A DNA stretch of 64,000 bases from assembly GCA_038734945.1 (NCBI GenBank), contig JAVYOA010000009.1, positions 62,001-126,000 on the forward strand, in the 5' to 3' direction. The notes beneath the pieces are model-generated. The model was not told the origin of the DNA. It saw only the letters and a list, made by a program, of their open reading frames with translations, and did no database searches. The position numbers and the translations under genes were made by a program. Shown in pieces: positions 57,442-64,000 of the stretch (position 1 is its first letter; every line of letters begins with the position of its first letter). Origin of the DNA: Fervidicoccaceae archaeon (lineage in GTDB: Archaea; Thermoproteota; Thermoprotei_A; Sulfolobales; Fervidicoccaceae).

Positions 57442-58545
57442 ATGTACCAAACAGTGGTTCCAAAATCAAAGGTTGTTGAGGAAATAAGTAGGCTGGGAGG
57501 CATCGGTCTTCTGAAGTGCTATCAATGCGGTCTGTGCACAGCAATTTGCCCCATTTCCGAGATCTTTCAGAGCAGCTTCAGGAGAACTATAAGATATGCT
57601 CAGCTAGGAATAGCAAACAGGATCATTTCGGATCCCACACCATGGCTCTGTCACGGATGTGGTGAGTGCACAGCATCATGTCCCAGAGAAGCTAATCCTG
57701 GAGACGTGATGGCAGCTGTAAGAAGGTATCAAACAATCCAGTTCTCTCCTGGAAGAGTGGCTTCACTTTTCAATTTCGGCAGAACATCAATTCCGCTCAT
57801 TCTATTCATCTCCTTTTTTGCATCTGCTGCGCTTTATCTGCTCAGAGGAACTCCAAATATGTCCGAGGTCAATATATACTCCCTCATCCCGTACTCAACC
57901 ATACATGCTCTTGGAGTCATCCTAGCAGCATTCATACTTGTCATAGCAGCATATAGCCTGTTACAGATGTACAGGAAGCTAGGAAGAATGAAAGAGCATC
58001 CCAAGAGTGTAGGCAGCATGGAAAAAATTAGCAAGTTATTGAGCGTTATTATATTAGCTGGATTAATTCAGTTGAATTTCAAAAGATGCTCCAACTATCT
58101 CTCTAGGTATATAGCTCATCTCTCCATTTTCTGGGGATTCATAGGATTGTTTGTAGCTAGCAGCATTCACTATGTAAGCGATATTTTTGCTCTTGGTATA
58201 AGCTCATACGTTCCCAGAGCGGTCGGATTAATTTCTGGGGCCTTTCTAATATATGGGAGCTCTTACTACATCTACAAGAGGCTGAGAAAGGATGAAGCTT
58301 TCATTAGACAGAGCACATATTCTGACTGGCTCTTTCTCATTCTCCTTCTCATAGCAGGGATTACCGGCTTTCTCCTCGATGCATTCATATACTTCAACAT
58401 CCCCCTTGCTGCATATTTCACATATGCTGCTCATCTCATATCCGTGTTCGATTTGATCGTTCTCGCCCCATTCACCAAGTTTGCCCATTCCGTCTACAGA
58501 CCAATTGCTATTTGGATCAATGAGATAAGAGGTGCCAATCCTTGA
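57442..58545 (+). CDS. QmoC-like protein: HdrC-type 2x[4Fe-4S] domain fused to a membrane di-heme cytochrome b domain
   Basis: KCYQCGLCTAICP, WLCHGCGECTASCPR...PGDVMAAVR; TM helices with IAHL, IHY, AAHL and TKFAHSVYRP histidines. Confidence 0.85.
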   Translation: MYQTVVPKSKVVEEISRLGGIGLLKCYQCGLCTAICPISEIFQSSFRRTIRYAQLGIANRIISDPTPWLCHGCGECTASCPREANPGDVMAAVRRYQTIQFSPGRVASLFNFGRTSIPLILFISFFASAALYLLRGTPNMSEVNIYSLIPYSTIHALGVILAAFILVIAAYSLLQMYRKLGRMKEHPKSVGSMEKISKLLSVIILAGLIQLNFKRCSNYLSRYIAHLSIFWGFIGLFVASSIHYVSDIFALGISSYVPRAVGLISGAFLIYGSSYYIYKRLRKDEAFIRQSTYSDWLFLILLLIAGITGFLLDAFIYFNIPLAAYFTYAAHLISVFDLIVLAPFTKFAHSVYRPIAIWINEIRGANP

Positions 58546-59954
58546 TTTTTCCATTGAAAGATCTCAGTTCCTCTCAAGAGTTGCGGAATGCATCTAGCTT
58601 AAAATTGAGAACTAACGCGCATAGCTCGAAGCCTGTTCTAGTAGTAGGAGCAGGAATAGCAGGAATCCAAGCAGCTCTCGATTTGGCAGAGCAAGGAATT
58701 AAGGTCTACCTCATAGATAGAAATCCGAGCATAGGAGGAAAAATGGCCCTTCTAGACAAAACATTTCCAACCCTTGATTGTGCTTCATGCATTCTTGCGC
58801 CCAAAATGGCATCTGTGCAGAGAAATCCAAACATAAAAATTCTCACGCTATCTGAGTTAAAGCAAATAGATGGGAAGGCCGGAAACTTCCATTGCAGAAT
58901 CCTCAAGCATCCAAGCTATGTAGACTGGGAAAAGTGCACTGGATGTGGCACATGCATAGAGAAGTGCCCCCAGAAAGTTCCAGATGAGTTCAATCTAGGA
59001 ATGAGCAAGAGAAAAGCAATCTTCATAGCTTTTCCCCAAGCTGTTCCGAGAAAGGCGGTTATAGATGCAGCGAATTGCTTGAGGTTGAACCCCCCTCAGA
59101 AACTGAAAGAAAGAGCTGGGGGGAGAGCGATCTGCGGCATTTGCGAGAGATTTTGTCCTGCAGGAGCCATAAAGTTCAGCGATGCATCAGAGGAAGTCAT
59201 TATTGAAGCATCCGCCGTGATAATTGCAACTGGTATGGAAATTTATGATGCTCGGAATGTTCCCGAGTATGGCTATGGGAAATATCAAAACGTTTTTGTT
59301 CACCTCGAATTCGAGAGAATGCTCTCAGCTACGGGACCGACTGGAGGATTGATATTAAGGAGAAGCGATGGGAAGCCCCCGAGAAGAATCGCATGGATTC
59401 AATGCGTAGGCTCCAGAGATATAAGGTTCAACCACTACTGCTCATCTTTCTGCTGCATGGCAGCAACCAAGCAAGCAGTTCTTGCCAAGGAACACTTGGA
59501 AAATGTGAGCTGCACTATATACTACATGGACATCAGAGCTTTTGGCAAGGGATTCAACGAGTTCATAGAGAGGGCAAAGAACGAGTTTGGCATTAAATAT
59601 GTTAGAGGAAAAGTTGCTAGAATTGAGGAGGATCCAAGCTCTAGGGATCTCACGCTCATATATGAGGACACCTCCCATAGCTACCTGAAGAGAGAGAGCT
59701 ACGATTTGGTGGTCCTGGCAGTAGCAATTAGGCCAAACAGGATCTATCCAATAATCCCAGTTGAAACGAATGAGGATGGCTTCGTGAAGCTTAAAGATCC
59801 CTACATAGATCCCGTTTCTACAACAGTCGATGGAATATTCGTGGCTGGAGTGGCAGCTGGAGCAAAGGATATACCCGATTCAGTCAGTGAGGCCAGTGCA
59901 GCTGCTGCTAGAGCAGCCCTCATCGCTAAGCAAAAAGGTGGTGCTGGAAGTTGA
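58542..59954 (+). CDS. hdrA: HdrA-family flavoprotein, short form (no N-terminal domain, no C-terminal ferredoxin; QmoA-like layout)
   Basis: GAGIAG, LDKTFPTLDCASCIL, inserted ferredoxin, LEFERML, QCVGSRD, YCSSFCCM, KDIPDSV. Confidence 0.9.
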   Translation: MIFPLKDLSSSQELRNASSLKLRTNAHSSKPVLVVGAGIAGIQAALDLAEQGIKVYLIDRNPSIGGKMALLDKTFPTLDCASCILAPKMASVQRNPNIKILTLSELKQIDGKAGNFHCRILKHPSYVDWEKCTGCGTCIEKCPQKVPDEFNLGMSKRKAIFIAFPQAVPRKAVIDAANCLRLNPPQKLKERAGGRAICGICERFCPAGAIKFSDASEEVIIEASAVIIATGMEIYDARNVPEYGYGKYQNVFVHLEFERMLSATGPTGGLILRRSDGKPPRRIAWIQCVGSRDIRFNHYCSSFCCMAATKQAVLAKEHLENVSCTIYYMDIRAFGKGFNEFIERAKNEFGIKYVRGKVARIEEDPSSRDLTLIYEDTSHSYLKRESYDLVVLAVAIRPNRIYPIIPVETNEDGFVKLKDPYIDPVSTTVDGIFVAGVAAGAKDIPDSVSEASAAAARAALIAKQKGGAGS

Positions 59955-61900
59955 GCGAGAAGCCAAGGATAGGCATCTACATCTGCCACTGCGGTCTTAA
60001 CATAGCAGGAACTGTGGACGTAGAAGAGCTCGCGAGATATGCAGCATCTCTTCCCGACGTCATCGTAGCGAGAGATTATGTTTTCATGTGCTCTGAGCCT
60101 GGGCAGAATCTCATAAAGGAGGACATAAAGGAGAAAGAACTTAACAGAATAGTTATAGCAGCATGCTCTCCATCTATGCATGAACAGACTTTTAGATCAG
60201 TTCTCGAATCTGCAGGACTCAACAAATACTTACTAGAAATGGCCAACATAAGAGAGCACTGCTCTTGGATACATTCAGACAGAAGAAAGGCGACAGAGAA
60301 AGCAAAGGAGATAGTCAGAATGGCAGCTTCCAAGGCAAGGTACTTGGAGCCAATAGAAGAGAAAACTTTCCCAACTACAAGAAACGTCATGATCTTGGGC
60401 GGAGGAGTTGCTGGAATGAGAGCAGCTATAGAGCTGGCAGAATACGGCTTTGAGGTCTATCTTGTCGAGAGAAAGCCCATTCTAGGAGGGAAATCTGCAG
60501 TCATAGGTTACATTTCTCCTGGAATAAGGGGTAAAGAAATAGTTCAAAAGATGTTCGAGAGAATAAGGGGAAATCCAAGGATACATGTTTTCACTCAAGC
60601 TGAGCTCATTGAGCTAAAGGGATTTGCTGGGAACTTCACGGGAAAGCTGAGAATTCATCCAAAACATGTGAATGAAAGATGTAACGAGTGTGGGGAATGC
60701 GAAGATGCTTGTCCCATAGAAATATCAAATGAATATGACTTCTCTCTGAGCAGGAGAAAGGCAATTTACAAGCCATTTCCCGGCTCATACCCAGAGGGCT
60801 ATATTATAGATGATAGAGTTTGCGTCAAGTGCGGAGAGTGTGTTAGAGCATGCAGGAGAAAAGCTATAGATCTAGATGGGGAGGAGAAGTTAATTGAGAT
60901 CAAATTCGGAGCTCTCATCATAGCTGTAGGCTATGATCCCTACAGACCCTCCAAAGGCGAGTTTGGATATGGCTTGAGTGACTCCGTGCTGACTCTCTTC
61001 CAGCTAGAAAGATTGCTTGACGAGGATGGTCCCACCAGGGGGGAGCCGATTGTAAGAGGGAAGATTCCAGAGACAATAGCTTTTGTTCAGTGTGTGGGGT
61101 CTAGAAGCACAACCCCCTCATCAAGACCTTACTGCTCGAGAATGTGCTGCACATCTGCTCTAACCAATGCCATAAGGCTGAAGGAAAAACATCCGGAAAT
61201 TGAGATATTCTTCATATACAGAGATATAATGACCTATGGGAGCGATGAGGGGCTCTACGAAGAAGCCGGAAAGAGAATGATAAAGTTCATAAAGTACGAG
61301 GGAGAACCTCCACAGGTCCAAATTACACCCGAGGGAGTATTCATAGAAGTCACCGATTACCTTCTGCAGGAAAGCATAAGAATACCGGTAGACGCTGTCA
61401 TCCTTTCGACCGGAATGATTCCTCCAAGGGATCTGGGAGACGTCATTGCTGTTACAAGGGCAACATGTGGAGAGGAGGGGTTTCTGAGGGAGGCCCACAT
61501 AAAGCTTGCCCCCGTCGAATCACCAACCAGAGGAATATACATAGCAGGATCTGTTTCAGGTCCCAAGAACATAAGAGAGAGCATAATTTCCGGGAGTGCT
61601 GCAGCTGCTAAGGCTATGGCCCTCATTAGTAGAGGAGAAGTTGTTGCTGAACCAATGATAGCCAAGGTTGATGAAGAAAGATGCAGCGGCTGCGGGATCT
61701 GCATTTCTGCATGCCCCTATAATGCCATTTCGATAGAGGAAAAGGAAGGTGATAGACTGGCAAGAGTGGAAGATGCTCTCTGCATGGGATGCGGGACATG
61801 CGCCTCAGCGTGCCCGTCTGGAGCAATGCAGCAGTTGGGTTTCAAGGACATTCAGATAAGAGCTCAGATATCCGCTTTATCGGAGGTCGAAGGGAAATGA
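59951..61900 (+). CDS. hdrA: HdrA-family flavoprotein, full length
   Basis: RIGIYICHCGLNI, AACSP, NIREHCSW, GGGVAG, inserted ferredoxin, QCVGSR, CSRMCC, two C-terminal CxxCxxCxxxCP motifs. Confidence 0.92.
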   Translation: MSEKPRIGIYICHCGLNIAGTVDVEELARYAASLPDVIVARDYVFMCSEPGQNLIKEDIKEKELNRIVIAACSPSMHEQTFRSVLESAGLNKYLLEMANIREHCSWIHSDRRKATEKAKEIVRMAASKARYLEPIEEKTFPTTRNVMILGGGVAGMRAAIELAEYGFEVYLVERKPILGGKSAVIGYISPGIRGKEIVQKMFERIRGNPRIHVFTQAELIELKGFAGNFTGKLRIHPKHVNERCNECGECEDACPIEISNEYDFSLSRRKAIYKPFPGSYPEGYIIDDRVCVKCGECVRACRRKAIDLDGEEKLIEIKFGALIIAVGYDPYRPSKGEFGYGLSDSVLTLFQLERLLDEDGPTRGEPIVRGKIPETIAFVQCVGSRSTTPSSRPYCSRMCCTSALTNAIRLKEKHPEIEIFFIYRDIMTYGSDEGLYEEAGKRMIKFIKYEGEPPQVQITPEGVFIEVTDYLLQESIRIPVDAVILSTGMIPPRDLGDVIAVTRATCGEEGFLREAHIKLAPVESPTRGIYIAGSVSGPKNIRESIISGSAAAAKAMALISRGEVVAEPMIAKVDEERCSGCGICISACPYNAISIEEKEGDRLARVEDALCMGCGTCASACPSGAMQQLGFKDIQIRAQISALSEVEGK

Positions 61901-62331
61901 ACAGAGAGTGGACTCCCAGAATAGTAGCTTTTGTTTGCAACTGGTGCACCTATGCAGCAGCTGATCTGGCTGGGACTAGCAGGATGCAGCAGCCCGACAG
62001 CGTGAGGATAGTTAGGCTCATGTGCTCTGGTAGAGCAGATCCCCAATTCGTTCTAGAGGCAATAGCTAATGGGGCGGATGGGGTAATAGTTGCTGGGTGC
62101 CATCCGCCCTCAGATTGTCACTATCAAGAAGGGAACTACAGAGCCTTTAGAAGATTCATGCTCCTCCGAAGGGTGCTGGAATCCATGGGTGTCGAGAAGG
62201 AGAGATTCAGACTGGAGTGGATCTCAGCCTCGGAAGCGAGGAAGTGGGTAGAAGTAGTGAGGAGCATGACGGAGGATCTCAAGAGGCTTGGCCCGCTCAG
62301 AAGGGACGAAGAGGGGATAAAGGTTGAATAA
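61897..62331 (+). CDS. mvhD: [2Fe-2S] hydrogenase delta subunit
   Basis: FVCNWCTYAAADLAG, MCSGR, GCHPPSDCHY, WISASE; ATG 61897 overlaps the hdrA stop. Confidence 0.95.
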   Translation: MNREWTPRIVAFVCNWCTYAAADLAGTSRMQQPDSVRIVRLMCSGRADPQFVLEAIANGADGVIVAGCHPPSDCHYQEGNYRAFRRFMLLRRVLESMGVEKERFRLEWISASEARKWVEVVRSMTEDLKRLGPLRRDEEGIKVE

Positions 62332-63343
62332 ACTGAAAGTAGCATGGTATTGGTGTGCTTCATGCGGAGGCTGTGAAGAATCTTTCGTTGATCTCTCGGA
62401 GGAGCTGGTGGAGTTCTTCGAATCAGCCGATCTCGTGTTTTGCCCCGTAGCAACAGATTTCAAAAAGGAAGATGTTGAGAGGCTGCCAGATGCTTCTGTT
62501 GACGTTGCTCTAATAAATGGGGGAATAAGACTGAGCGAGCACGAAGAAATGGTTAAGCTATTGAGAAGAAAGTCCAAAATTGTAGTGGCATACGGAACAT
62601 GTTCTAGCTGGGGAGGAATTCCAGGCCTCTCAAATTTGTACAATAAGGAAGAGATTTTAAGAGCAAAATACCTTGATCCGCCTTCCATCAACAATCCTAC
62701 GCATGCAGTTCCTGCTGAGAGAACGAGGCTCACCAAGCTGGGAGCAAATCTGGAGCTTCCAGCCTTCCTAGACTCTCTCCTTCCTCTAAATGCTGTCATA
62801 GATGTTGATTACTATATTCCAGGCTGCCCTCCTACACCTGAAGTCTTCAAGAATGCATTAAAGGCTCTAATAAGCGAAAAGCTGCCTCCAAAAGGAAGCA
62901 TAATCGGTGCTTCAGACAAGTCGCTATGCGATGAATGTCCACTGAATTCAACCAAGCCTGAGAAGATCTTGCTGAAGGAGCTTAAAAGACCTCACGAAAC
63001 TATAGCGGATGCAAAGAAGTGCTTGCTTACCCAGGGCCTTCTCTGTCTTGGACCAGTTACAAGGGGAGGATGCGGAGCTCTATGCATTAAGGCCGCCATG
63101 CAGTGTACAGGATGCTTTGGTCCACTAGATGGAATAGCTGACTACGGAGGAAAGGCCATCTCATTCATAGGAACAATAATGGACTATTCCCCTGCTGAAG
63201 AAGAGGAGCTGGAGCGTGCTTACAGTAAAATAAAGGATTGGGTGGGAGTAGTGTACAAGTACACTCTACCTGCCTCAAAGCTGGGAGGGAGAGTGAGGAG
63301 AGAAAAGACAAAAAGGCAGGAGGAGGCCGAGATAGATGAGTAG
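62324..63343 (+). CDS. mvhG: [NiFe]-hydrogenase small subunit (group 3c type)
   Basis: CASCGGCE, GTCSSWGGIPGL, IPGCPP, CDECP...CLL...CLGPVTRGGCGALC...CTGCFGP; no Tat signal. Confidence 0.92.
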   Translation: MNKLKVAWYWCASCGGCEESFVDLSEELVEFFESADLVFCPVATDFKKEDVERLPDASVDVALINGGIRLSEHEEMVKLLRRKSKIVVAYGTCSSWGGIPGLSNLYNKEEILRAKYLDPPSINNPTHAVPAERTRLTKLGANLELPAFLDSLLPLNAVIDVDYYIPGCPPTPEVFKNALKALISEKLPPKGSIIGASDKSLCDECPLNSTKPEKILLKELKRPHETIADAKKCLLTQGLLCLGPVTRGGCGALCIKAAMQCTGCFGPLDGIADYGGKAISFIGTIMDYSPAEEEELERAYSKIKDWVGVVYKYTLPASKLGGRVRREKTKRQEEAEIDE

Positions 63344-64000
63344 CAGAAAGATTGTGATCGATCCCATAACTAGACTAGAAGGGCACGGAAAAATAGCCAT
63401 AATTCTCGATGATGAGGGAAACTGCTTGAGAGCATATTTTCAGGTGCCGGAGCTCAGGGGATTTGAAAAGTTCCTGCAGGGAAGGCATGCTGAGGATGCG
63501 CCAATCATAACCCCAAGGATATGCGGTGTTTGTCCAACAGCTCATCATACAGCATCAGTAAAGGCTCTAGATGATCTATATAAAGCCCCTCCCCCCTCTC
63601 CAGCCCTGAAGATAAGGGAGATGTTCTACAATCTATTTATGCTTGAGGATCACGCACTTCACTTCTACGTTCTTAGCGGACCGGACTTCATAGTGGGGCC
63701 AGATGCTCCTAGGGCTGAAAGGAACATAGTTGGAGTCATGAATAAGGTCGGCAAGGAACTCGTGCTGAGGATCATAACGATCAGAAAGAGAATAAGGAAG
63801 ATGATGGAGATTATAGGAGGAAGGACCATTCACCCAGTCTTCGGTATGCCTGGAGGAATTTCGAGACCACTAAGCATTGAACAGGTAAAAGAAATTAGAG
63901 CTCTAGCAGACGAAGCTCTCAGCCTCTCCCTCATCACTCTAGAAATGTTCAAAAAGATTGTTCTGGGAAACAAAAGCTATCTACAATTGATTGAGAGTGA
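63336..64000 (+). CDS. mvhA: [NiFe]-hydrogenase large subunit, truncated by window end
   Basis: Own translation: MSSRKIVIDPITRLEGHGKI...ELRGFEKF...PRICGVCPTAHH (L1 RxCGxC motif). Confidence 0.93.
   Translation, partial: MSSRKIVIDPITRLEGHGKIAIILDDEGNCLRAYFQVPELRGFEKFLQGRHAEDAPIITPRICGVCPTAHHTASVKALDDLYKAPPPSPALKIREMFYNLFMLEDHALHFYVLSGPDFIVGPDAPRAERNIVGVMNKVGKELVLRIITIRKRIRKMMEIIGGRTIHPVFGMPGGISRPLSIEQVKEIRALADEALSLSLITLEMFKKIVLGNKSYLQLIES

Noticed and set aside
57442..64000. Evidence for methanogenesis or sulfate reduction
   Set aside because: Hdr/Mvh/Qmo-like genes alone are not diagnostic; no mcr, mtr, hdrB, aprAB, sat or dsr in the window
1..64000. CRISPR arrays, transposases and the many 60-220 aa overlapping ORFs in the track
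   Set aside because: No regularly spaced repeats or transposase motifs seen by eye; the overlapping ORFs are antisense or alternate-frame shadows of well-supported genes

Overview
Archaeal chromosomal window. A TACK/Thermoproteota (crenarchaeal-type) origin is inferred from ribosomal protein S25e, GGTGA-type Shine-Dalgarno (SD) motifs, frequent TTG starts and a tRNA gene without encoded CCA. Housekeeping genes (rps25e, nadE, pyrH, ileS, tRNA-Arg(GCG), peptidases, ABC transporters) are interspersed with many anaerobic energy modules: (1) a Ni-CO dehydrogenase cluster cooF-cooS-cooC with a convergent FAD/NAD oxidoreductase; (2) a bacterial-type, Tat-less nitrate reductase cluster narK-narI-narG-narH-narJ; (3) an acetoin-dehydrogenase-like locus with fused E1, a lipoyl-only carrier and AcoX; (4) a xanthine-oxidase-family molybdoenzyme with an atypical active-site loop; (5) an operon encoding a QmoC-like membrane cytochrome b, two dissimilar HdrA proteins and an MvhDGA [NiFe]-hydrogenase, with no HdrB or AprAB in view. 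Module 5 is the best candidate for an undescribed system (H2-driven, quinone-coupled flavin bifurcation); it runs off the window end. Other observations: an in-frame pstC::pstB deletion fusion, three genes that appear to start at ATT/CTG, a stand-alone HdrA N-terminal-domain/ferredoxin/ArsR operon with a tandem TGAA-N6-TTCA operator, and two small ORFs missed by the ORF track. No CRISPR array, transposase or integrase was seen. All calls come from reading motifs by eye; no database searches were run.
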